Positions 9,028 through 18,485 of a stretch of 64,000 nucleotides of DNA are shown in pieces. Each line of letters begins with the position of its first letter. The first letter of the stretch is position 1. Source of the DNA: an uncultured Candidatus Saccharibacteria bacterium. GTDB taxonomy: Bacteria; Patescibacteriota; Minisyncoccia; UBA6257; 1-14-0-10-44-23. The notes under the pieces are model-generated. The model was not told where the DNA came from. It saw only the letters and a program-made list of their open reading frames with translations, and searched no databases. Made by a program: the position numbers and the translations under genes. The stretch is taken from contig CAZJVT010000003.1 of assembly GCA_964549935.1 (NCBI GenBank), positions 14,634 to 78,633 on the forward strand. The letters are read 5' to 3'.

Positions 9028-9732
9028 ATGGGCAAGTCGAACCAGAGCGCGATCGCCAGGCTCCGGCAGCTCCCTTACGTCTTCGATCTTCGCGACCTCA
9101 GGACCACCTTCGAGCTCGGCAAGGGGATCGACCGCGTCCTGGTCAGCCGATGGAGGGACGCATCTCTCATCGAGCCGGTGGGCCCGAATGCCGGCCTCTA
9201 CTACAACCTGGTCCGCGATCCGGACGGCGCCAAGCAGCGCATCGGCGAGGCGATCCGCCGGCGCTTTCCCGCGGCCGTCGTGATCGGATCGTCGGCGATC
9301 CATGCCGGCGGCTGGACCACGCAGATCCCCCGCCGCATCTCAGTGGCTGTCCCCAGCGAGAGTTATGGCGCCCAGATGACGGGCGTCCGGCTGCTGAACC
9401 GGTCCAGGACCTGGTATGCGCGCATCCAGCCCGGCCTCCACCTCACCGAGGAGGAGATGATCGATCGGATCGGGTTGAGGGCAACCGCGGCGGCGACCGA
9501 CCCGATGATCCGGATCGGCATGGACGGGCTGCCGACCCTGCACCCGGCCTGGGCTCTTGCCGACCAGCTCCGCTACAAGGACGACTGGGTCCCGGATCCG
9601 GACGACCTCGACAACCAGGCGGTCGACCGGGAGCAGGACGAGCTGAAGGCGGCCTACAAGGCGCTGAACGTCAAGGTGCCGAAGGAATACCGGCCGGCGG
9701 AGCTGGCGGAGGGGCTGGGCCCGAGGATTTAA
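9028..9732 (+). CDS. AbiEi-like antitoxin (wHTH)
   Basis: N-terminal wHTH with GLYY, then SAIHAGGWTTQIP..ISVAV and LHPAWALAD; adjacent to AbiEii. Confidence 0.7.
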   Translation: MGKSNQSAIARLRQLPYVFDLRDLRTTFELGKGIDRVLVSRWRDASLIEPVGPNAGLYYNLVRDPDGAKQRIGEAIRRRFPAAVVIGSSAIHAGGWTTQIPRRISVAVPSESYGAQMTGVRLLNRSRTWYARIQPGLHLTEEEMIDRIGLRATAAATDPMIRIGMDGLPTLHPAWALADQLRYKDDWVPDPDDLDNQAVDREQDELKAAYKALNVKVPKEYRPAELAEGLGPRI

Positions 9733-9812
9733 TATAACGTCTATTGATCCGGACCAGCCGTGGTTGCAGGATACCACCCTTGCGTTGTGCATTTGCTTCG
9801 GGGGAGGCCAGA

Positions 9813-10544
9813 ATGAAACCGCAGCTGATCATCGCTGTCGCCCTTGTTCCGTTTCTCGGCGGCGTGGCTCAAGCCGCGGATTTCCCCACCGAGCAGCAGA
9901 TGCGCGGGATCGTGTTCGGCTGTGGCGGCGGGATCTCGGACAGGATGAAGGGAGAAGTTCAGGGGCGGATCGACCTCTGGCGAAAGGCTGCAGAAGCAAC
10001 CGCGAGTGGCAGCAAGGATCTCCTGTCCGGAATCTTGAGTATTACGCCAACCGGCCAGCAGATAAGCGAAGCGAACTACAAGACATTCACTCAATGCATT
10101 CTTGAAGCGATCGACCGCGCGCTTGGCGTAAAGAAACCTCGCGATCTGGTCGAGATGGATTGGAAGTATCCGCGATCCCAGCGAGTGACATACAGCCGCG
10201 AACTGCGTCCGGATGTCGTCGACGAAAAGCCCTGCTTCAGGTTGCCGCCGCGGGCTGAGCCGATCGAGGGCAAGACCAGCATCGTGCTGGTGAAAGCGCG
10301 CGAGACCGTTCCTGGCGGAGAGCAGGCAGACCCCAGCGAAGATCCTGCGGCTTTCGCCAATCGGAATCCGGCCGGTGTCAGAAGCCAGTGGTTCGATATC
10401 CGGCAGGATCTCGAGAAAAATCCCTACTACGTCGTCTGCGCGCACATCACGCATGATGGAAGCGCCAACAAGGGCGAGGATGCCGGCACGCGAACGATCT
10501 CGAGCTTCCTTCCAGCCGGCAAGATTCTCCTTCCGCGCCCCTGA
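9813..10544 (+). CDS. Secreted hypothetical protein (Sec signal peptide)
   Basis: MKPQLIIAVALVPFLGGVAQA|A; GGAGG RBS. Confidence 0.7.
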   Translation: MKPQLIIAVALVPFLGGVAQAADFPTEQQMRGIVFGCGGGISDRMKGEVQGRIDLWRKAAEATASGSKDLLSGILSITPTGQQISEANYKTFTQCILEAIDRALGVKKPRDLVEMDWKYPRSQRVTYSRELRPDVVDEKPCFRLPPRAEPIEGKTSIVLVKARETVPGGEQADPSEDPAAFANRNPAGVRSQWFDIRQDLEKNPYYVVCAHITHDGSANKGEDAGTRTISSFLPAGKILLPRP

Positions 10545-10644
10545 CCCTCTGACCTGATGCTCGCGCCCCAGGATCTCTACACGCTTTCTCTATAATCCTG
10601 TATGCTCCTGCTGATGGTGGCAGATTGCCGCCCGCCGGAGCACC

Positions 10645-11967
10645 ATGCGCGATCTCGTCGCCCCTCACGTCAGGCTGATGGCCGATCCAGATGGCTCGGT
10701 GAACACGTTCATCCTCGGTCACTTCCTGAAGATGCTTCTCGGCACCGCCCTGCAGCCTGCCTTCGACATCGTCGATCGCATGGCCAAGGCTGCGACGGCG
10801 GCCGGCGACATCGACGCCGGCAACGCGACCGCGACCGATGATTGCCTCATCTTCTCACCGCATATCGACGCTCATCATCGCGGCATCGCGATCCAGGACG
10901 ACCGGATCGGCAACCTCTTCGTCCTCGAGCTCGACAACAAGATCGATGCCGAGGCGGTCCGGCTGGAAAGGGCGATGGCCAGTATCTTCAAGAAGCCCTT
11001 CGACGAGGAGGAGTTCAAGAAGTCCCAGCTGGCCAAGGACGCGAAGCCGACCGAAGTTCGGGTCTATCGCTACTGGCCGGATCGCCGAGGAAGCTCCCCT
11101 GGCAGCCTTGGGGCGGCCATCCGTTCCGGCATCGCCGACGGTTGGTCGGAGGACCTCCTGATCGCTGCCGGCAGAGGCTTCGACAGCCGCGCGGATGACG
11201 GGCAGGGGTTCTGGCACGACGGAAACTTCAATCTCCACAATCTCGATTGGCAGGATCCGTTCCGGCTGCTCAGGAAGGCGGTCGAGGCCCATGGTCTCCT
11301 GGCCGCCTGGCACGAGATCTCCGACGAGGTCGCGCGACGCAAATATCGGACGCGCAGCGAGGACCAGGGCCTCGCCAAGTACGATGCCGCCGACGAATTC
11401 GCGCGCGAGACAGCCGCCCAGGATCGTCACCTGCTCGGCCCGCGCACCGAGGCCGTGCTGCAGGCCATGCAGGACATCTCGGCCACGGCCGAGGTGAAGG
11501 CCATGATCGGCCAGGTCATGGATATCCTGAGGCTCTGCCACGACGGCGGACATACGAACCGCGGATCGAAATTCGATCACAACGACGGCGACCACTACGT
11601 CTATGTCCATCGCCTGACCGCGAACCGCGTCATCCTGGTTATGGGCGACCACAATCGCGAGTTCGCGCTCTTCCTCGGCTATGCGGGAGATGGCCTCGCG
11701 GTCACCCGGGCGGCCACCTTCGGGCGCGGGACGACGACCAGCCTAGATCAGGCCATCCAGGAGCTGCTCGCCGACGAGCAAACCCGGAACACGATCGGCT
11801 CGTTCGAGCATCGCGACGGCGAGGTCACCTGCGTATTCGGCCATACGACCGACACCGACCGTGTCCGAGCCTGGACCAGCATGGTCTCCACGATCGCCAC
11901 CGCCTGCTGCTGCCTCGAGGAGGAGTACCGGCCCCGACAAGCCCGAAGCCCGGAGATGTCGCCGTGA
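10645..11967 (+). CDS. Hypothetical protein, paralogue trio member 1; tail SPEMSP
   Basis: IFSPHIDAHHRGIAIQ..GNLFVLELD shared with the next two genes. Confidence 0.75.
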   Translation: MRDLVAPHVRLMADPDGSVNTFILGHFLKMLLGTALQPAFDIVDRMAKAATAAGDIDAGNATATDDCLIFSPHIDAHHRGIAIQDDRIGNLFVLELDNKIDAEAVRLERAMASIFKKPFDEEEFKKSQLAKDAKPTEVRVYRYWPDRRGSSPGSLGAAIRSGIADGWSEDLLIAAGRGFDSRADDGQGFWHDGNFNLHNLDWQDPFRLLRKAVEAHGLLAAWHEISDEVARRKYRTRSEDQGLAKYDAADEFARETAAQDRHLLGPRTEAVLQAMQDISATAEVKAMIGQVMDILRLCHDGGHTNRGSKFDHNDGDHYVYVHRLTANRVILVMGDHNREFALFLGYAGDGLAVTRAATFGRGTTTSLDQAIQELLADEQTRNTIGSFEHRDGEVTCVFGHTTDTDRVRAWTSMVSTIATACCCLEEEYRPRQARSPEMSP

Positions 11968-12836
11968 CCATGCAAGCCGACCCGCTGATCGTCCGCTACG
12001 CCGAGCGCTTGAGGGAAACCGGCATCGTATCGGGACCAGATATCCTTTCGGACATTCTCAGGATCGCGGTCTGCGTTAGTCTCGAGGCCACGATCGCGCC
12101 TATCGAGATGGCGATCGCGCAATCGATCGAGCGAGGCGATCGGCAAGCTGCCGGCGCGCGCTATCACAAGGGCTACACCATCTTCGCCCCGGATATGGGT
12201 CGCGATCGACGCGGGTATGCGATCCAGGGGTTCGACTACGGATACCTGATTGTCCTTGAGACGGACCTGCGCAGCCACGGCACCCTCTTCAGTCGCCGCA
12301 CCGTCCCCGCTCCGGAGCTTGCCCCTTACGTCGACGCCGGCGAGGACTTGAAGCTGCCGACGGAGATCTCCGTCCACGGGTACCATGTCTCCAAAAATGG
12401 CAACGACCGCTCATTCGAGACGCTGGTCGACAGCATCAAGCGAGGCTTTCGCTACCAGCTGATCGCCTCGGCGGGGCAGTCCGCGTTCCTCGACCGGCGG
12501 CGGGATCTCTACGCCGGCGGCTGTCATTCACTGATGAGGCCCGATGCCTGGATCGGTCTCTTCGACGCCCTCAGGTTCGCCTTCGCCATGTGCGACCTCA
12601 CCGATCGCATGCGAAGCGCGTCGGAAGAGATCCACCGCATGGAGCTGGCGCCGATCGGAGATCTGGTGTGCGAGGCCATCCACTGGATCGGCCGGCACCT
12701 GGCCAGGATCGAGGAGCACCTCCCCAGTCGAGTCACCACGCTTCGTCTCGGCATGCTCGAGCGCCATCTCGAGGATGAATCCGAACGCTCCTGGCACGCG
12801 CCCTCGCGGATCCGTTCGCTGGAGATGTCGCCATGA
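11964..12836 (+). CDS. Hypothetical protein, paralogue trio member 2; tail SLEMSP
   Basis: GTGA overlap; IFAPDMGRDRRGYAIQG..GYLIVLETD. Confidence 0.75.
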   Translation: MTMQADPLIVRYAERLRETGIVSGPDILSDILRIAVCVSLEATIAPIEMAIAQSIERGDRQAAGARYHKGYTIFAPDMGRDRRGYAIQGFDYGYLIVLETDLRSHGTLFSRRTVPAPELAPYVDAGEDLKLPTEISVHGYHVSKNGNDRSFETLVDSIKRGFRYQLIASAGQSAFLDRRRDLYAGGCHSLMRPDAWIGLFDALRFAFAMCDLTDRMRSASEEIHRMELAPIGDLVCEAIHWIGRHLARIEEHLPSRVTTLRLGMLERHLEDESERSWHAPSRIRSLEMSP

Positions 12837-13741
12837 CAAGGGGACAGTCGCCCTTCGTCGCCACCCTCATGGACAAGCTCCTCGCGCGCGACGGCCTCGT
12901 CGACGACGACGCCTATCTCGACATCGTGCGCGCGCTGGTATGCGACAGCCTCGAGGCGAGCATCGACATCGTCGACCGTATGGCGCGCGAAGCGCGGCTT
13001 CGTGGGAACTCGGAGATCGGCCTCTCCCGCTACATCAACTCCGACGGCGAGCGATACCGGATCTTCGCGCCCTACATCGATGATCATCGCCGGCTTCTTG
13101 CCATCCAGGGCGACGTCGACGGATACCTGCTGGCGCTCGATCTCGACAACCAGGTCACCCCGGATGTCGTCGCCGCGGCCAGACGCCAGGCCGAGGCGCG
13201 CAAGGAGCGCTTCAGCCTCGACGATTTCCGGGTGAGCCAGCTGAGGAAGCTCGCCAAGCCGGAGGTACTCACCGCCTACCGCTACGACCCGGTGCGCGAG
13301 ACCCATGTATCGCCGGATCTACCCGGCCTCCTGGAAGAAGTCCGTCGCGGCATCGCGAACCATGCGATCGCCGTGACCGGCACCCGCAAATGCCTGGACG
13401 AGGACAAGGACGTCTGGTCGCGCGCCACGCAGCGCATCATCGATGCCGATCGTTGGCCTGGCTTGCTCAGGGCCATCCACGCAGCTGCGATCGGCGACGA
13501 CCTGGTAGGAAGCCTGACCCAGGAGCTCGAGGACCAATTCCGGCGGTCCTACATCGAGAGCGGCGATCCCAAGATCAACGCGGCCATCGAGGTCGCGATG
13601 AAGCTCGGCGCAGTCGACCACTCGCTTGATGCTATTGCCGACGACGGCGCCTATCGACTCCGGCTTCTGAAGGATCAGATCGACCGTCAGCTCAGGCAGC
13701 AGGCAGCGCCGCCATTCCTAACCGCTCAACCGGGGTTCTAG
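12833..13741 (+). CDS. Hypothetical protein, paralogue trio member 3
   Basis: ATGA overlap; IFAPYIDDHRRLLAIQG..GYLLALDLD. Confidence 0.75.
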   Translation: MTRGQSPFVATLMDKLLARDGLVDDDAYLDIVRALVCDSLEASIDIVDRMAREARLRGNSEIGLSRYINSDGERYRIFAPYIDDHRRLLAIQGDVDGYLLALDLDNQVTPDVVAAARRQAEARKERFSLDDFRVSQLRKLAKPEVLTAYRYDPVRETHVSPDLPGLLEEVRRGIANHAIAVTGTRKCLDEDKDVWSRATQRIIDADRWPGLLRAIHAAAIGDDLVGSLTQELEDQFRRSYIESGDPKINAAIEVAMKLGAVDHSLDAIADDGAYRLRLLKDQIDRQLRQQAAPPFLTAQPGF

Positions 13742-13744
13742 GTC

Positions 13745-14869
13745 ATGCGAGACATCAACCGCTACCAGCGCCTCCTGCTGGAAGCCTATCCGGATCTCGA
13801 CCTCCTGCCGATCGATCCCAAGGATCATCGCGAGGTAGACGATACGGTCCGCAGCCATGAGACCGGCGACACGCTTTTCGACTTCCTCTGGCTCGAGCTT
13901 GGCGATGTCGGTGACGCAGGCCCGGAGGACGCCCTCCGGTCGCTCGACCAGGCGATCGCCGAGCTCCAGAAGGTCCGGGACCACATCGCCTCCCACGACG
14001 CCGACGTCATGCTGGAGACCCTCCGGCGCGAGCAGGCCGAGAAGGCGTTCGAGGTCTACGACTTCCGCGACGCGAAGATCGCCGCGGCCGATGGCTGGCA
14101 GCTGACGAAGCCCGGCCGCGAATGGACCAGGACGATCTACTTCGAGAACAGCGTGGATCCCCAAGCCGACAGCATCAAGGGCCACTTCTCGGTTCTCTTC
14201 GCGGGCGACACCGCCAGCGTGGTCGAGAGCGCCGCGGCGGTCTGCAACGGCGCCGAGATCGGCGAGTGGAAGTCGTCCTGGATGAAGTCTCCGAAGCTCG
14301 TCGTCGCCAACCGGCGCATGAAGCGCATCGAAACGCTCCGGGACCAGGCGGCCCACAGGACCATCATGGATGGCGCTCTCGGCAAGATTGAGGGCAACGT
14401 GAAGGCCGCCGGCGGATGGGTGAGAGACCAGGACTCCAACGAATGGCGCATGCCGTTCGTCGTCTCGAAACCGGACTGGGTGGACAAGAACGGCGAGCTC
14501 GTCGTTCGCTTCGCCGGCGACGAGTCCGTCTTGCCTTCGTCGGTCCGTATTTTCCTGGGATCCGAGGCAGCTCGCCGCAACGAGATCATCAAGGAACGTC
14601 GTGTCGAGCTCGGCCGGCTCTACAACCTCTGCCGCTTCGAGCACGACGTCATGGCCTACGGCGAATGGGGCCGCAAGGACGACCTCGATACCTGGCAGCT
14701 CGACATCCGCTTCCTCGACACTGGTCGCTGGAGCGTTCCCGGCCGCGTCGTCGTCAGGTTCGCCGCGGACGGCTCGACCTCGATCGAGAAGGTCGAGGCA
14801 TTCCTGCGCGACGAGCCTATCAAGACCGGTCTCGAGCCGAAGTCACCCTCGCCCTCACCTGGCATGTAA
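13745..14869 (+). CDS. Hypothetical protein with three internal repeats; tail SPSPGM
   Basis: Repeated A.G/E-W..W..G...V.FA(G/A)D unit. Confidence 0.75.
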   Translation: MRDINRYQRLLLEAYPDLDLLPIDPKDHREVDDTVRSHETGDTLFDFLWLELGDVGDAGPEDALRSLDQAIAELQKVRDHIASHDADVMLETLRREQAEKAFEVYDFRDAKIAAADGWQLTKPGREWTRTIYFENSVDPQADSIKGHFSVLFAGDTASVVESAAAVCNGAEIGEWKSSWMKSPKLVVANRRMKRIETLRDQAAHRTIMDGALGKIEGNVKAAGGWVRDQDSNEWRMPFVVSKPDWVDKNGELVVRFAGDESVLPSSVRIFLGSEAARRNEIIKERRVELGRLYNLCRFEHDVMAYGEWGRKDDLDTWQLDIRFLDTGRWSVPGRVVVRFAADGSTSIEKVEAFLRDEPIKTGLEPKSPSPSPGM

Positions 14870-14879
14870 GGAGACCCCG

Positions 14880-15254
14880 ATGCCCATCCCGCACAAGATC
14901 CGCGCCAAGCTCAAGGAAGCCGGCTTCCACCATGTTGATCTCGGCACCGGCTCGGTGCCGGTGCTCGGCTTCGAGGATGGCGATCCCCAGCCACCCTATG
15001 TGGCCCTCTGCATCGCCGAGGAGGTCGGCGATTCGGATCGCGTCTCCTGGCAGGCTGACGATCCCTATACGGTCTTCGGGACCCGGTTCCCCCTCGACGG
15101 CAGTGGCCCGATACGCCACGTCGACGGCATCGATGCGGCGATCGCCGCGGCCAAGGAGATCTACAAAAGCATGATGGTCGAGTTCAAGGCCAAGCAGGCG
15201 GAGGCGGCGCCGAAGCCGCAACCGGCTGCGGCCGGACCTTCGATGGGCATGTAG
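14880..15254 (+). CDS. Hypothetical protein; tail GPSMGM
   Basis: AAGGAG RBS, ATG 14880. Confidence 0.75.
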   Translation: MPIPHKIRAKLKEAGFHHVDLGTGSVPVLGFEDGDPQPPYVALCIAEEVGDSDRVSWQADDPYTVFGTRFPLDGSGPIRHVDGIDAAIAAAKEIYKSMMVEFKAKQAEAAPKPQPAAAGPSMGM

Positions 15255-15256
15255 CC

Positions 15257-15718
15257 GTGCCTGGGAAAGCCAGCCCCGAAATGCCGAAGCTGACCTGGGA
15301 ATTCGTACGGATCACGGATCATCCCTACAACGTCGATGCCGAGGTCTACAGCGCCAAGTTCGGGCGAACCCGGGTCGACATCTGGATTGACAAGGGCCCG
15401 CGCAAGATCTGGCGGGGAACCCCGCCCGTGGTCGTCGCCGAGCTCGATGAGACCTTGTGGAGCATCGTCGTCCACGGTGATCTTTCTAGCTGCGCCTTGA
15501 CCAAGGAGGTGGCCATGTCGGAAGCGGAGCGTCTGGCCTGGGGTTCTCAGGCCAATCGCTTTGCATGGCGCCCGGTTCTCCGCCATGCAGTCAGCGCGGA
15601 CGTCAAGCACAAGCATGACGAGGAGTTCTACGCGAGGATCGCCGCGACGATGAAGGAATTCCCGGTCGACTACGTTCCGCTCTCACAGCGCCCGCCGGCG
15701 CCGTCGATGGGCATGTAG
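15257..15718 (+). CDS. Hypothetical protein; tail APSMGM
   Basis: ORF directly after upstream stop. Confidence 0.7.
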   Translation: MPGKASPEMPKLTWEFVRITDHPYNVDAEVYSAKFGRTRVDIWIDKGPRKIWRGTPPVVVAELDETLWSIVVHGDLSSCALTKEVAMSEAERLAWGSQANRFAWRPVLRHAVSADVKHKHDEEFYARIAATMKEFPVDYVPLSQRPPAPSMGM

Positions 15719-15725
15719 CGAACGA

Positions 15726-16079
15726 TCAGGACCGCAATCGCGTCACGTAGGGCTCGCATCCAGCCAGGTTGCCGTCGTAGTCCGCTCCCACGATCGTCTC
15801 CTTGTCGTCGACGAAGAAGCGGATCCTGCACTCGCCCCTGATGTCGGGGGATCCGGGATTGAAGCCGGGCAGCCTGACCGACCGCTGGTAGAGGTAATAC
15901 TTCCGGCCGGCGACCGTGCCCTCCTGGTCCGGGAAGCCCATCTTTGAGAAGAGCTCCGGCGCCGGGCGGCCCTTCATCCTCTGCATCCCCTCCTCCAGGC
16001 CGCCCAGTGGATTGAGGGTGCAGGCGGCCAAGCCGGCAAGCATGGCGGCCGGCCAAAAGATGCTGGCGATCCTCTTCAT
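15726..16079 (-). CDS. Small lipoprotein
   Basis: MKRIASIFWPAAMLAGLAAC lipobox; MGFPD..KYYLY..CRIRF..GC. Confidence 0.75.
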   Translation of the reverse strand: MKRIASIFWPAAMLAGLAACTLNPLGGLEEGMQRMKGRPAPELFSKMGFPDQEGTVAGRKYYLYQRSVRLPGFNPGSPDIRGECRIRFFVDDKETIVGADYDGNLAGCEPYVTRLRS

Positions 16080-16092
16080 CAATGTCCGGCCC

Positions 16093-16242
16093 CTTTTCCA
16101 TCTCGTCACGGATCCTCAGCTTCTACCGTTTGAGATCGGCGATCAACCGCTCGTCCGGCCGCGGCCGCGCCATTTCCGTCTCGATCCGGCGCTCGAGGGC
16201 GTCACGGCCGGACATCAGCTCGTCGAGGGTCTGCTTTGCCGG
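16093..16242 (-). pseudogene. DUF465/YdcH-like coiled-coil gene with in-frame amber stop
   Basis: Translates LDELMSGRDALERRIETEMARPRPDERLIADLKR*KLRIRDEME; TAG (forward cta 16123-16125) inside the LKRxKLR motif; boundaries approximate. Confidence 0.6.
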
Positions 16243-16329
16243 CGCTTCCGAGATGCTAAGGGCAATGCACGCTCGGCGCTTTCTCTTTAATCGTGTATAC
16301 TATTGCCTACACTGACAGAGATTTTCCCC

Positions 16330-17217
16330 ATGATGTTCGGAACCGACATCCAGACGGTCGAGGAGCGCATCGCCGCCAATTCGAGCGGTCGCGACTTCAT
16401 CGTCGGCGACATCCATGGAACCTTCTCCCTTCTCGAGGACGCGCTCGCCTCGGTGGGCTTCGATCCGGAAGTCGATCGCGTCTTCTCCGTCGGCGACCTG
16501 ATCGACCGCGGGCCTGAATCGCATCGCGCCCTGGAGTTCCTGGGCAAGCCCTGGTTCCGGGCCATCCGCGGCAACCACGAGGACATCCTCATCGGCCTCT
16601 ACAGCTACGAGGACCTTCCTGGCTTCGAGACCATGGTGGCCTTCCAGACCGGCCGGAACGGGCTCGGATGGTGGAACCAGACCGATATCGCCTTCCGCCA
16701 GGACATCCTGCCTCTGCTCCGCCAGCTCCCGATAATGATCTCGCTCGAGGTCGCCGCGGGGCCGGGCGAGATCGGGCGCGTCGGGCTGGTCCATGCCGGT
16801 CTGCCTCTTGGCGCTTCCTGGTCGGATGGCATCCGGTCCGTCCGCGAGAAGCTCATCGATCCGAGATACGAGGAGCTCTTCGTTCTCTGGAATCGGTCCC
16901 GCTTCGAGGCATCGCTCTCGGAGGACGATCCCCGCCACATGGTCGGCGAGGTCGATCGCGTCTTCGTCGGCCACACGATTCTCGATCGTCCATCCGTGCG
17001 CGGCAATCTCGTCGGCATCGATACCGGCGCCTACAGAGGCGTCAAGGATGGCGCGCGGCAGGCCGGCTTCCTCACGCTGGTCGAGGCGACCGCCTCCCTC
17101 GATCGCATCCGCGATGCCGCAAGACAGATTCTCCGGACCGGCATCGATCGCCCCTATCTCGTGATCAGTGCGGACGCGCCGGCCCCGAGCCTGGCATCCG
17201 GGCCGATCGCCGCCTGA
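16330..17217 (+). CDS. Metallophosphoesterase, lambda NinI/PphA-like Ser/Thr phosphatase
   Basis: GDIHG, GDLIDRG, IRGNHE, VHAG, FVGHT, IDTGA. Confidence 0.9.
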   Translation: MMFGTDIQTVEERIAANSSGRDFIVGDIHGTFSLLEDALASVGFDPEVDRVFSVGDLIDRGPESHRALEFLGKPWFRAIRGNHEDILIGLYSYEDLPGFETMVAFQTGRNGLGWWNQTDIAFRQDILPLLRQLPIMISLEVAAGPGEIGRVGLVHAGLPLGASWSDGIRSVREKLIDPRYEELFVLWNRSRFEASLSEDDPRHMVGEVDRVFVGHTILDRPSVRGNLVGIDTGAYRGVKDGARQAGFLTLVEATASLDRIRDAARQILRTGIDRPYLVISADAPAPSLASGPIAA

Positions 17218-17240
17218 CACATGACCGCCGAGGACAAGAA

Positions 17241-17798
17241 ATGACCGATCGCAGAAGCCTCCGGGATCTCATCTTCGCCCTCCAGGGGCATATCTTCGGC
17301 CACGCGGTCGGCGACGAGCCGGATCTCGGCTCCCTCGCCGACCCTCAATTTGAGGCGATCCGCGGCGAAGCCATCGTGGCGAACCTCGATCGGCACCCGA
17401 TCGAGGACGCCGACCTCCATCAGGTGCTCGGCGAGGTCTTGCGGGAGGTATTCGTCGACCACGAAGGCGAAGACCGTCCGCGCGGCCATGTACCCGACTA
17501 CGACCACTTCTGCTTCCTTTCCGGCCGCGTCCGCGCCGCGCTCGACGGCCGCAAGCTTCCGGCCTGGACGCCAGAGTACCTGGTCCGCGATCGGATCCTG
17601 CGCAGCGATCAGGCACCGGAAACGCCGGCCAAGGAGCTGTCGGCGATCGAGGGGTTCCTGCGCCACAACCCGGTCCGGCCGGACGACGAGTTCCGCGCGG
17701 AGACCTGGGATGCGGCGAAGGCGCGCCATGCCGAGATCGTCGAGACCACGCTCCGTGCCTGCTTCCAGCCGGCGCCTGCCGCCACGCCGTCGATGTAG
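17241..17798 (+). CDS. Hypothetical protein; tail ATPSM
   Basis: GAGG RBS, ATG 17241. Confidence 0.7.
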   Translation: MTDRRSLRDLIFALQGHIFGHAVGDEPDLGSLADPQFEAIRGEAIVANLDRHPIEDADLHQVLGEVLREVFVDHEGEDRPRGHVPDYDHFCFLSGRVRAALDGRKLPAWTPEYLVRDRILRSDQAPETPAKELSAIEGFLRHNPVRPDDEFRAETWDAAKARHAEIVETTLRACFQPAPAATPSM

Positions 17799-17817
17799 CC
17801 ACGGAGGACAAGAGGTC

Positions 17818-18483
17818 ATGACGACGTTCCCCATCTCCTTCGGCAACGACGATCACCGTCTCGCCCGCATCGTCTCCATGGGGGATGGCCCGCCCGTTCT
17901 CCAGGTCTGCCAGATGAAAGGCGACTGCCAGCTCCACGCGGCGTTCGACTACGTCCCGAGCGAGGCATGGCCGGTTTCCCTCATCCTCGACAGCCTGGCA
18001 CAGCCGATGCCGTGCGAGCTCATGCGAAAGCTGGTGCCCGAGTCGATCGGTGCGATCGCGAAGGCCGCCATCAGCCAGTGGCGGGAGGGCTTCCTGCTCA
18101 AGAGCAACGACTACGATGCCTTGTTCGAGCACGAGACGGTGCCGCCCATCCGCTTCGCCTACGATGCGATCGACGGCACGCGCATGGCCGTCATCGTCGC
18201 TCACAACGGCGACTTTCGTCTTGGCCAGGGTGTTGGCAGCGATCTCGACAGGCCCGCCTTCGTCAACATCGGGGAGACCGGACGGATCATGGGCTACGGC
18301 TCCCTCGGCCTTCTTTTCTCAGGCACGGGCTTCAAGGCCCATCACCTCCACGTCGCCGGCGACGAGGCCCAGAAGCTCGAGGGTGTCCTTCGCAAGGTAG
18401 GCAGCAAGTTCACGATCCTGGACACCCATTGGCGCCGTGCGGAGAAGGCCAGGTCTCCGGCTCGGGCGGAGATGAGCCTCTAG
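17818..18483 (+). CDS. Hypothetical protein, paralogue of 19187-20038; tail AEMSL
   Basis: F.I.F....ARI, W....D....PMP, DA.F..ET.P..R..Y shared. Confidence 0.7.
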   Translation: MTTFPISFGNDDHRLARIVSMGDGPPVLQVCQMKGDCQLHAAFDYVPSEAWPVSLILDSLAQPMPCELMRKLVPESIGAIAKAAISQWREGFLLKSNDYDALFEHETVPPIRFAYDAIDGTRMAVIVAHNGDFRLGQGVGSDLDRPAFVNIGETGRIMGYGSLGLLFSGTGFKAHHLHVAGDEAQKLEGVLRKVGSKFTILDTHWRRAEKARSPARAEMSL

Positions 18484-18485
18484 CG

